Source: a virus (taxonomy: Duplodnaviria > Caudoviricetes). Taken from it: 64,000 bases of DNA. This document shows positions 10,957 through 19,513 of the stretch, piece after piece. The notes under the pieces are model-generated. The model was given only the letters and a program-made list of their open reading frames with translations, searched no databases and was not told the DNA's origin. The stretch's first letter is position 1, and each line of letters opens with the position of its first letter. Both the position numbers and the translations under genes were made by a program. The DNA lies in the IMG/VR virus record IMGVR_UViG_3300036783_000080, positions 1 through 64,000 of that record; one strand, given 5' to 3'.

Positions 10957-11445
10957 TAGTCATCCACCTCCTCCCACTCATCATCATTGATTGGTTGATT
11001 GAAGAACTCTTCATCTTCCTCTTCCCAATCACCATCATTAAAGTCAACCTTTTCTGGTGTTGTTTCTTTATTCTGTTCCCTTTGTTGAATCTCGGCAAGA
11101 ATACGTTTTGACTCATCAGAGCGTTGAATTTCAACATTATTGTCCTTAATGAATTTATTGTAGTTGTCAACGACTTCTTCAAACTCTTCATCTTTAGACT
11201 CATGTTTCTCGTCATCCCATTCTTTGTTGAACTCTTCGTCTTTACTGTTCTCAATCTTTCTGGCAATTTCAGGGTTGTCAAGCAAGTAATCCTCCCAAAG
11301 ATATTCTTTCTGTTCCTCTGTTAAGTTCAGAAAGTCTGGATTGGTTGGAAGGACTTTCCATTGTTTAAGAATCCAAGCATCAAACCTATTGCTCGGATTG
11401 CTCGCTATTTCCTTCATTGTCAGCTGATTGAGGCTTTCTGCGAAA
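10956..11445 (-). CDS. tail assembly chaperone extension (gpT-like), probably reached by a +1 frameshift
   Basis: Overlaps the upstream chaperone in the +1 frame; VLPTNPDFLNLTEEQ motif; acidic tail; directly precedes the tape measure gene. Confidence 0.65.
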
Positions 11446-11787
11446 GGTACGTTGCCACTGGTTGTACTCCTCATATACTTCATCTAAAATTTCATAGTCA
11501 TACATGTTTTGTGGGTCAAACCAATCTGGAGTTGAATCAAGGACATAATGTAACGTAGCAATCATGTGAATGATATTATCCGCAATCAATTCTACTTCTC
11601 GCATGCCCTCTAACATTTTTGTTTTCATTACGCCGATTTGAGCACGTTCCATAATTGTTGGGTGGTGGAATACGAATTTACCAATGTACGTTGGGTCAAA
11701 TTCTGTAAAGTCCATCGTTTTTGAATGAACACGTTTACTCCCTTGTAATACTTGTTGTCCTACGTTTCTTGTATCTTGATTTGTCAT
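11386..11787 (-). CDS. tail assembly chaperone (gpG-like)
   Basis: 133 aa between tube and tape measure; RBS AGGAGG; contains ACC TTT CGC near its 3' end. Confidence 0.75.
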   Translation of the reverse strand: MTNQDTRNVGQQVLQGSKRVHSKTMDFTEFDPTYIGKFVFHHPTIMERAQIGVMKTKMLEGMREVELIADNIIHMIATLHYVLDSTPDWFDPQNMYDYEILDEVYEEYNQWQRTFRRKPQSADNEGNSEQSEQ

Positions 11788-11811
11788 TATAAATACCTCC
11801 TGAGTGTAATT

Positions 11812-11842
11812 AAAAAGACATGAGCATTATACTCATGTCTTT
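11812..11842 (-). terminator. intrinsic terminator after the tail tube gene
   Basis: Perfect stem AAAGACATGAG/CTCATGTCTTT followed by a T run on the minus strand. Confidence 0.8.
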
Positions 11843-11858
11843 AGTATCTGTTAATAAT

Positions 11859-12377
11859 TTAGTTTTTTGCGTCAGATGCTTTTAGATATTGGAACGTAGC
11901 ATTCTCACCCGCAATAGCGTTTGTTCTGATGTTCTCAGAGTATTCAGAGATTGTACATCCACGGTAAGCACGGACAATACTTTTTGACTCTTTATCAACC
12001 ATAACAATGTCAATTAAGTCAAGATTTAGAACTTCCTCACCTAAAGCAGCAAGACCTAAATCGTTTAATGATTTATTTTTAACAAGGAATCTGTCAAGAG
12101 TTGCAGAACCTTCATAACGGTTTTGAACGTGTTCTTGAGGCATGATAGAACCAACCTCATATACACCCTCTGTACCAAATGAACGTCTTCCGTCAATACC
12201 TTGTGCCCGTCCGATAACTTTGTTGTTAATCATAAGTAACACAGTAGCACCAGAGTGAACTGTTTGGTTCTTTTGCGTAGCAAAGAACTGTAAGTCCAAA
12301 CGTAAAGGTGTAGCGGCTACTGGATGAACAACTGGCTTAGAGAACAAGCTTTTGAATTTTGAAATTAAATTCTTCAT
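11859..12377 (-). CDS. tail tube protein with a 32-aa N-terminal extension ending in LRLDLQFF|A
   Basis: QTVHSGATV...IGRAQGIDGRRSFGTEGVYEVGSIMPQEH is the SPO1/Twort-type tube signature; strong RBS AGGAGGTG upstream of ATG 12377. Confidence 0.9.
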   Translation of the reverse strand: MKNLISKFKSLFSKPVVHPVAATPLRLDLQFFATQKNQTVHSGATVLLMINNKVIGRAQGIDGRRSFGTEGVYEVGSIMPQEHVQNRYEGSATLDRFLVKNKSLNDLGLAALGEEVLNLDLIDIVMVDKESKSIVRAYRGCTISEYSENIRTNAIAGENATFQYLKASDAKN

Positions 12378-12393
12378 GTTCAGCCACCTCCTA

Positions 12394-14097
12394 TTATGCT
12401 AAAATTTGTTGTTGATAGTATTTAGCAGTGATTAAGATGTAGTTGATTGCTCCTACTGGGATACAAGAGTAATCTACAAACACTTGGTCGCCTACTAAAC
12501 GGACAACAACAGATTCTGGTTGATATGTTACAATTACTTCTTCACGCACTTTCTTATCAAGGAATGCTTGTGTTTCATTCTTAATAAGTGCGATAGATGA
12601 GATTGTACCTTTTCCGCCTGCGAATTTTGATTCTAAGTGTTCCACAAGTTCTGTGCTTAACTCGTCATCAAGGATACGCATTGAGATTTCACGGAATGAA
12701 GGGTTTGTATCAACTTGATAAGTCGTAACGCCTTGAACAATACGATAGCCTTTCTTGTTTGTTTGACGAACGAACTCAACGCAAGTTACACCAGACTGGA
12801 TTAATCGGTCAATCTCTGTAGCTGTAAGAACTCTCTCAAGCCCAATAAGATTTAAGAAGTTTAATGTTACAGGCTCTCCAGTAGGTTTTCCAGCGATACG
12901 TCCAGCAATCATAGCCGCTGTGAAGTATGGTGGAAGGACTTCTTGCTCATCACTGTTAATTGCACGTGTGATTCCTGGGTAAGCTACAACTGCACGAGAA
13001 CTATTGAATGTTAACGCACGTCCAATAGCGTCATCCACAGATTCACCCAATTTACCACCGTAAACACCAATCATTTTATTACGTTCTAACACTGATTGGT
13101 TATTGATGAAACGAGCACATTCTGCATGGATAGCTGCGTCACCAGTTAATGGTACTACAATGTAGCAACCTTCACCAAATAGCTTGTTGAACTCTTTTGC
13201 CCAAGAAGCTGGAATTTCACCTTCAGCGCCGCCAGCAAGGTATGTGAAATCAAAGTCCGTAATAGCTCCCGTTGCTGCGAAGTCAACGTTAATTAACTTA
13301 GAGTAACGAGTTTGATACAGTAAGTCTCCTTTTAGAGCTGTTACTGTATAAGATACATCTTTGATGATTTGACTTGCTACCACATCCAAAGCATCTGACT
13401 TAAGGTTTTTGTTACCATAAGTTACCATAGCCGCTTCAAAATCTTTGTTCTCATTGATTTTGTAGATGATTTTATTAATGTCAGCATATTCACCATCACC
13501 TAATTGGAAGCTCATTACATCTGCAGTTCCTACTTTAAGTGCTAGTGTTTTCGCTTTCTTCGTTTGAGTATCTTCAATGATAGATAACGTTGCTGTGTCC
13601 TCTTTACCTTTATATTTAACAGTGAATATTGGTCCAATGTTATCAAATACTTCACGAGTTTCATCAGTCCACAAGTACGCTGTTAAACGTTTAGAACCAA
13701 CTGCTGTACCTGCTTCCAATTTAACTTGTATGTTCTTTGTGAAGTCTCCCCAGTCTTTAGATGTCAAAACTAATGAACCTTTTGTTAAAGTAGATTGTTT
13801 TGCATCAGAAACACGTAAGAAGGAAATAGAGCCTGCTCCCACTCCGTCACCAGATGGAGTCCAAGCTAAATCACCAGCTTTGAATAAATCGCCACCACGT
13901 AGAACGTCACGAGCATCAGCTGGATTGTCAAACGTGTGAACAACGCCTGGTTTCCCACCTTCAGAAGTACCAACAAACGCAATACGCTTAGAACCAGCTG
14001 TTCCAAGAGTCGTTAAACTGTCTGAGTTTGTACGTGAATGTGCTCCTGGGTGAACAATGTTCTTCCCATTAAAGTTAACACCGATATTACGTGCCAT
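12394..14097 (-). CDS. tail sheath protein
   Basis: 567 aa; FVGTSEGGKPG, LRGGDL, GEPVT and YRIVQGVTTY motifs; position before the tube gene. Confidence 0.9.
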   Translation of the reverse strand: MARNIGVNFNGKNIVHPGAHSRTNSDSLTTLGTAGSKRIAFVGTSEGGKPGVVHTFDNPADARDVLRGGDLFKAGDLAWTPSGDGVGAGSISFLRVSDAKQSTLTKGSLVLTSKDWGDFTKNIQVKLEAGTAVGSKRLTAYLWTDETREVFDNIGPIFTVKYKGKEDTATLSIIEDTQTKKAKTLALKVGTADVMSFQLGDGEYADINKIIYKINENKDFEAAMVTYGNKNLKSDALDVVASQIIKDVSYTVTALKGDLLYQTRYSKLINVDFAATGAITDFDFTYLAGGAEGEIPASWAKEFNKLFGEGCYIVVPLTGDAAIHAECARFINNQSVLERNKMIGVYGGKLGESVDDAIGRALTFNSSRAVVAYPGITRAINSDEQEVLPPYFTAAMIAGRIAGKPTGEPVTLNFLNLIGLERVLTATEIDRLIQSGVTCVEFVRQTNKKGYRIVQGVTTYQVDTNPSFREISMRILDDELSTELVEHLESKFAGGKGTISSIALIKNETQAFLDKKVREEVIVTYQPESVVVRLVGDQVFVDYSCIPVGAINYILITAKYYQQQILA

Positions 14098-14110
14098 GTA
14101 ACATCACCTC

Positions 14111-14329
14111 TCATATTTTTCTGTTGTAGAACTCTTTTAACGATTTCTCAAAGTCTTTCAAATCACTTTGATAAACAGCTCCTTGGAGTTTAAGGAAGGT
14201 TTTGAACGCAAACACTATGTCTTCGTCCATCCCCTTCCCAGCCAAGAACTCATCAACGTGATAATACTTAACTTCAGGCTTTTTAGCAGCTTTTGGAGTT
14301 GCTTTTTCTTCAGCCATCAGTAACACCAC
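14111..14329 (-). CDS. small conserved pre-sheath protein
   Basis: 72 aa with YHVDEFL motif; usual position upstream of the sheath gene. Confidence 0.55.
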   Translation of the reverse strand: MVLLMAEEKATPKAAKKPEVKYYHVDEFLAGKGMDEDIVFAFKTFLKLQGAVYQSDLKDFEKSLKEFYNRKI

Positions 14330-14338
14330 CTTGATTTG

Positions 14339-15346
14339 TTATTTTACATCAACGTACGTTGGGCTTGCAGTAATGTAGTAAATAGCTCCTTTGGAGTTTT
14401 TCACTTTATACTGAGGAGAGCCACTCACGTCAACTTTGTCAACGATTTCGAACCCAAACCCAGTATCTACAGTTCCAACAATATACGCTTTGTCCCAAGT
14501 TGGACGGTCATAGAAGTTCAGCCCGTCTACTTTAGAAACAACACGTTTTCCAACGTAGCTTCCTCCACCAGTAGAGCCACCACCGTTACGTTCAAAGCGT
14601 AAGAATGAAGAGTCATTTTTCACCCATTGGTCTCCACCAAGGTTTAACCATCCATCTTGCTCTGCCCAAACGATATAGCTTTCTGGAGCATTAAGCTGAC
14701 GTAAGATACCATAACCTGTTCCTGGACCAGAACGAAGGTTTACACCTGTTCCAGTGATGTAAGCAACACCAATTCCGTTACTTCCACCGCCACCAGTTGG
14801 AGGTGTTGTTTCCCCACCAACATTACCACTACCAGAACCCGCAGAGCCTGACACAAGGTCTTTGAATCCTTGGAATCCTGAAGCAAGTAAGTTACGTGGA
14901 CAGTTTTTACCACTCCAATGTTGGTGAGGAACAACGTTACTTAGACTGATTCCTAAAAGTCCCATAAGGTACTTAGTAAGCTTTGCAGCATTGGCTTTCG
15001 CCTTCGCATAGTTACCGTCACTGTTTACACAGATTTCAGTACCAACAGAATTATAGTTACCAGCAGTTGTACCAGCATGCCAACCCACTTCATTAAGAGG
15101 TAAATGCTGAATGATTTCTTTTTCATCTACAGTAAAGTGCCAAGACACTCCTGCAGAGCCGCCACCATTCGCAATGAAGTTAGCATGAGCATTTGCATTC
15201 GCTCCAGCACTGTCGTTATCAGTTTCATGAATCGTAAGCCAAGTAGGACTCATTGAAATCTGTGGACGGTTACTGTTTGAAGCTGGAATAATTCTAGCGG
15301 AAAAGGGAACACCATCAATGTTAGAAACATTTAAAACTGTTGCCAT
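14339..15346 (-). CDS. N-acetylmuramoyl-L-alanine amidase (Amidase_2) with SH3-like cell-wall-binding domains; endolysin
   Basis: LTIHETDN, SWHFTVD, GWHAG and VVPHQHWSGKNCP zinc-amidase motifs; VNLRSGPG SH3b-like domain. Confidence 0.9.
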   Translation of the reverse strand: MATVLNVSNIDGVPFSARIIPASNSNRPQISMSPTWLTIHETDNDSAGANANAHANFIANGGGSAGVSWHFTVDEKEIIQHLPLNEVGWHAGTTAGNYNSVGTEICVNSDGNYAKAKANAAKLTKYLMGLLGISLSNVVPHQHWSGKNCPRNLLASGFQGFKDLVSGSAGSGSGNVGGETTPPTGGGGSNGIGVAYITGTGVNLRSGPGTGYGILRQLNAPESYIVWAEQDGWLNLGGDQWVKNDSSFLRFERNGGGSTGGGSYVGKRVVSKVDGLNFYDRPTWDKAYIVGTVDTGFGFEIVDKVDVSGSPQYKVKNSKGAIYYITASPTYVDVK

Positions 15347-15360
15347 GTTATCTCCTCCTA

Positions 15361-16179
15361 TTATTCTTTATTTCTATCATCAATTACTTCTGAAATGTAG
15401 CCTTCAAACTCAACAGGAATAACATACTCATAAGATACATCCATAGTCATTGCTCTGCGGTATACGAATGTTGGGAAGTAGTCAGGAGAAGCTTCAAAGT
15501 CAAGTCCTCCATAAGATTGCTTAACCAATCCTTTCTCTGCCAGCTTTCCTCTATCCAGTATAAACATCCACTTCAGTAGATGATAAAGCAGCACTGTTAA
15601 GTCCCCATTTTCACTCCAAGTTTCCACTCGGTATTGAGACATAAATAATGTTCCATAGTTTTCTGTTCCTGTAGTTTTACGAGAGTAGATGATTTCAACA
15701 GTGTTAGAAATATCTAAGTCAATAGGGAAATGTAATGAAACAATACCTCTTTGTTCATCCAAGACTTCAAACCCGTCAAAGTGAGTCATTCCATTATAGT
15801 AAATGCTCGTAATCTCGTTGATAGGTTTCTTCTCTGTTTGTACAACGAAGAATCCATCATGAGACTTGATTGGAAGGTCTTCTGTCTCTTCTTCTACTTC
15901 AAAGATATCAACGTCTTCATCAAGGAAATCCCCTATGCTCTGTTGTTCTTCCCTCTCAGCTCCTAACAGGATTACATAACCTGGAAGCATAGTTTGGTCT
16001 CTGGGAAACCCACGAACAACTTTAATTTGGCTGCTCTTAAGGTAGCTTTTGAGCTTATTTCTCAGAGAAATTGATGATGTCTGAAAAATTCTATCAACAA
16101 TATCTACATTGTCTTTCAAGAATTTTAATCTGGATTCAATAATTTCTGTTATTAAGTCTTCAACTAACACATCCGTCAC
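15361..16179 (-). CDS. neck/tail completion protein
   Basis: 272 aa; synteny between head genes and sheath. Confidence 0.55.
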   Translation of the reverse strand: MTDVLVEDLITEIIESRLKFLKDNVDIVDRIFQTSSISLRNKLKSYLKSSQIKVVRGFPRDQTMLPGYVILLGAEREEQQSIGDFLDEDVDIFEVEEETEDLPIKSHDGFFVVQTEKKPINEITSIYYNGMTHFDGFEVLDEQRGIVSLHFPIDLDISNTVEIIYSRKTTGTENYGTLFMSQYRVETWSENGDLTVLLYHLLKWMFILDRGKLAEKGLVKQSYGGLDFEASPDYFPTFVYRRAMTMDVSYEYVIPVEFEGYISEVIDDRNKE

Positions 16180-16910
16180 CCCATTGTTTGTTTGATGTAA
16201 TCTTGTAACACACGTGCAAACGTTTGCTGAGCAAAAGGATAAACAGTATCAGCAGCTTTAATCCCAGCAAACCCTGGGTGCCACCAAGACTGTGGGTCAG
16301 ATTTATCACTAACACGTCTGAATGACGCATATGTGTTCTGAGATGCTTTGTCGTATTGTTTTGTGTCCTTCTGAATCCCTTCGTAGATACCGCTTTTATG
16401 CTGATATCCGTTCCAAGATGTCTCGGCTGGATATTGTTGTTCTGTTCCCGTTAGTCGTCCAGTGTTACCTTGTAAGGCTCTGGCTTGACTATAAATATCA
16501 GTAGGCATAGCCGCTCCCCCAACAGCTGAACCCGTACTGTTTGGAGTGCGGTGTCTAAATGGAACAGTTAAATACCAGCCACCATCTTTCTTCATTTTCT
16601 TCTTTGTGCTATTGGCATATCCATCTTTAATATCAAAAGATGTGAATCCTTCCTCTAACATGTTTGGCCATTTCCCTCTTAATGTTAGAATACCAGTCAT
16701 AGCATCAGGGAACTGTAAAGAGTTATCCGCATTCAAACCAAGAATATAATCTGCTCTTGTAGTGGTAAGTTTCTGTTGTGCTACTTGCTCCCATTTTGAT
16801 TTTGTAACCATTAAAGTGGAAGAAATAGCTGCTTGTGTTGCTTGTTGTATCTGGTTGTTTAAGACATTAGAGAATCCCGTTGGAACGTTTATCTCAAGGT
16901 TTCTGCTCAT
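16176..16910 (-). CDS. neck/head-tail joining protein
   Basis: KKDGGWYLTVPFR...YASFRRVSDKSDPQSWWHPG motif of SPO1/Twort-like neck proteins. Confidence 0.7.
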   Translation of the reverse strand: MSRNLEINVPTGFSNVLNNQIQQATQAAISSTLMVTKSKWEQVAQQKLTTTRADYILGLNADNSLQFPDAMTGILTLRGKWPNMLEEGFTSFDIKDGYANSTKKKMKKDGGWYLTVPFRHRTPNSTGSAVGGAAMPTDIYSQARALQGNTGRLTGTEQQYPAETSWNGYQHKSGIYEGIQKDTKQYDKASQNTYASFRRVSDKSDPQSWWHPGFAGIKAADTVYPFAQQTFARVLQDYIKQTMG

Positions 16911-17620
16911 TTAACATCAGCCATGAAATCTTCACGTTTGATAAGATACATTTTTGGAAGTTCAACCCATTCTTCCTTCGCTCTACCAAACTTGATGTAT
17001 TGTCCTCTTAATTCATGAGGGATATTCAACACAATGTATCTTGGCTTCATACGAACAAGAATTGAGAATTGTTCCCCATATTGAAGGATTCCGTCTTCAA
17101 ATACAATATGCGTCTTATCGTCTGATAGTTTATATTTGTCTTTAGGGATGTCTGTGTCTAATACCTTTACAGCAACAATCTCTTCAGCCTTAAACTTCAA
17201 CTTTACAGGAGCATCTTGATATTCTAAAAATTGAGAGTATGGAGTCAGACAATCATTAAATATGACTCTATCTCTGAACCCAATTCTGTGTTTCGCTCTA
17301 GCGGTCATTGTAGCTGAACCGACTTCAAGCAAACCGATTGGAATTTGGTCTTTGCTGCCATTTAATCCTGAAGAAACAACTCGTATGACTTGCGGGTCAA
17401 AGTATAAATAGCCTAAACCATGACAAGCAGGACATGTAAAGTCAGGTTGTCCAGAATGTTCTTCATAACAAGAACAAAGCATGGATTTCTCCCAAGTTAC
17501 CTCAGCACCATGCTGTTCAATAGCTCTGTCAAATTCTGTCTCTTTAAAGTCAACCCGTCCAAGGTTTTTGGCATGTTCTGGGTCTTGAGTAGTCGGAAGC
17601 TTATTTTGTTCTTCAGCCAT
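16907..17620 (-). CDS. head completion/neck protein with Cys-rich knuckle
   Basis: WEKSMLCSC...PDFTCPACHGLGY; start moved to ATG 17620 (MAEEQ), downstream of a GGTGGTGG RBS-like sequence. Confidence 0.7.
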   Translation of the reverse strand: MAEEQNKLPTTQDPEHAKNLGRVDFKETEFDRAIEQHGAEVTWEKSMLCSCYEEHSGQPDFTCPACHGLGYLYFDPQVIRVVSSGLNGSKDQIPIGLLEVGSATMTARAKHRIGFRDRVIFNDCLTPYSQFLEYQDAPVKLKFKAEEIVAVKVLDTDIPKDKYKLSDDKTHIVFEDGILQYGEQFSILVRMKPRYIVLNIPHELRGQYIKFGRAKEEWVELPKMYLIKREDFMADVK

Positions 17621-17621
17621 A

Positions 17622-18389
17622 TTAAACCACCACCATTTCTGTACCACCATAGTAGTTCTTCAAGCCAGGCATCATAGCATCAATATCCGTTTGTAACTGT
17701 GCGATACGAGCTGACGCACCGCCATACATAGGCGACTGAGTTGTATTAATAGATTGGCTTAAACCATCCATAGATAAGGATTGACTGGCAACCCCAGCAC
17801 CAATGATTAAGTCTCCCCAAACTCCTAAAATACTCATAGCCGCTTTCTTATAGATGATTTCTCGTAAGTTCGGTTGAATATTTGTCTGTCTGTATACTTG
17901 TGTTTGCTCTGACTCAGTCATACCAGCAGTATATTTAATCTTCCACATTTGAGGAGCATATCCAACACTACCTTGTAGAATAGGCGTTACTAATCCACCT
18001 GAAGCAGTGATAATCATACCACCAGCAGAACCAGAAGTTGGAAACAACTGAATTGCTCCTCCTAATTGGTCTATACGTAACCAGTCATTAGGAATCGTGA
18101 ACATAGGTCTTTCCCCATAGTACATTTCAACTGATTCTACTGACAGAACAGGTTTCTTCCACAACTTGATATAACCCCAGTTTACATAGTCTGACATCAG
18201 ATAGTCATGGTGTTCTTCCTCTTCACGTGGTTGAATTGCGATTCCTAACATTTGTTCAGCCCAAGCCACTGCTGAATCTAAATATGATTGGAGTAAGTCA
18301 GGTGGAAAGGGATTTCCTTCAGAATCTTTTAATGGAATACCGAAAATTATGCGATTTTGAATTTCATCAATATCGAACTTCAGTGTCAT
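17622..18389 (-). CDS. head-tail adaptor protein
   Basis: WGDLIIGAGVASQSLSMDGLSQSINTTQSPMYGGASARI motif conserved in this phage group. Confidence 0.75.
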   Translation of the reverse strand: MTLKFDIDEIQNRIIFGIPLKDSEGNPFPPDLLQSYLDSAVAWAEQMLGIAIQPREEEEHHDYLMSDYVNWGYIKLWKKPVLSVESVEMYYGERPMFTIPNDWLRIDQLGGAIQLFPTSGSAGGMIITASGGLVTPILQGSVGYAPQMWKIKYTAGMTESEQTQVYRQTNIQPNLREIIYKKAAMSILGVWGDLIIGAGVASQSLSMDGLSQSINTTQSPMYGGASARIAQLQTDIDAMMPGLKNYYGGTEMVVV

Positions 18390-18406
18390 GATTCTTCACC
18401 TCCAGA

Positions 18407-18721
18407 TTATTTACCAGCTTTCTTTTTCTCTAAGTTCTTTTTGCGAGTTAAAGCAGCACGTTGTTGCGGTGTTAATTCTTCCTCTTCTGTTTCCTCTTCT
18501 TCAACTTCTGCTTCATCTGAAGTTTCAGCTGTCTCTTTGGCTTCCTCTTTGACTTTAGATTCCTTTTCTACTTCTAACTTGGCGAAGCATCCTGCGTCAA
18601 ATAGGTAGGCAATCTGGTCTTTATCTAATGTCGGTTCAATAATGACGCCATTCTCATCTAGTTTTAAGTCACCAAAAGTTGAGTTTAATACAGTTGAACG
18701 TAAATAGTTATGTTTTAACAC
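18407..18721 (-). CDS. small acidic/basic protein of the head region
   Basis: 104 aa; RBS AAGGAGG; position downstream of the capsid gene. Confidence 0.55.
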   Translation of the reverse strand: MLKHNYLRSTVLNSTFGDLKLDENGVIIEPTLDKDQIAYLFDAGCFAKLEVEKESKVKEEAKETAETSDEAEVEEEETEEEELTPQQRAALTRKKNLEKKKAGK

Positions 18722-18794
18722 AATAATTCCTCCTTGGTTTTACAGTATAACCAATAATATAGAAAAAAGAGAGTTGGTTTTTACACCAACTCTC

Positions 18795-19424
18795 TTAGTC
18801 ATTCACATATATTAAGTTTTCTTTCAAATATTCTCTGAGTTTATCTATGTCCATGATGTTTTTCTCTAAGTATAGTTTGAATACGATATGAAGAGTCTCT
18901 GCTTCAACTTGCTTATGACATTTACCGCAAAGTGTTATCAGATTGAGAAGTTCATCTGCTTCCTTAAAATCCTCAAAAAGCCTTCTTGGGATTATATGAT
19001 GTACTCCATATCTTTTTTCTGTAAGTTCTTCTTTACATTTTTGACATTGTTTTCCATCTCGTTCATACGCTTTTCTTTTCTGCGTCTTTCCTGATGTTGA
19101 TTTACCATCTGTATATGCAACGTTTTCTTCTCCTGATTTAACAATAGGATTATCTCCAATTTCGACTCTATGGGAGCTTGAACAAGAATAAGAACAAAAT
19201 TTGTTATGTTTCCCTCTTACTTTATTTTCACAACCTTCTCTTAAACAAGTTTTTCTTTCGGTCTTGTTACCTCTGGTGTCACTAAGTATTTTTGTCATCT
19301 TTTCATCTTTCAACAAAGCTCCAGGGAACTTCTCTTTGTAATCTTCTTTTGTCATATCATGCTGTCTTAAATGAGTGTTTTGAATCCACTTCATTTCTTT
19401 TCCGCAAACTTTGCATACAACCAT
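18795..19424 (-). CDS. free-standing HNH endonuclease with Zn-finger-like N-terminus
   Basis: CKVCGK..., CQKC...VHHIIPR...NLITLCGKCH HNH motif; start moved to ATG 19424 (GGAGG RBS) because the longer ORF-track call overlaps capsid exon 2 and the terminator. Confidence 0.85.
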   Translation of the reverse strand: MVVCKVCGKEMKWIQNTHLRQHDMTKEDYKEKFPGALLKDEKMTKILSDTRGNKTERKTCLREGCENKVRGKHNKFCSYSCSSSHRVEIGDNPIVKSGEENVAYTDGKSTSGKTQKRKAYERDGKQCQKCKEELTEKRYGVHHIIPRRLFEDFKEADELLNLITLCGKCHKQVEAETLHIVFKLYLEKNIMDIDKLREYLKENLIYVND

Positions 19425-19461
19425 ACAACCAACCTCCATGTATACTTTAGTCATCCATAAG

Positions 19462-19490
19462 AGTATAAAATAAAAAGAGAAGAAAGTCAA
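19462..19490 (-). promoter_or_regulatory. sigma-A-type promoter for the HNH gene, embedded in the capsid terminator
   Basis: TTGACT (19490-19485), 17 bp spacer, TATACT (19467-19462). Confidence 0.7.
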
Positions 19491-19504
19491 GCTTTCTTCT
19501 CCCC
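19469..19504 (-). terminator. intrinsic terminator after the capsid gene
   Basis: GAGAAGAAAG-cttga-CTTTCTTCTC followed by TTTTTATTTT, just after the exon 2 stop codon. Confidence 0.8.
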
Positions 19505-19513
19505 TTATTAGAA

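Noticed and set aside
10934-11281. 115-aa alternative-frame ORF as the frameshift partner of the chaperone
   Set aside because: Does not overlap the chaperone ORF, and its composition is a by-product of the acidic frame; the conserved-looking motif is in the 10956 frame
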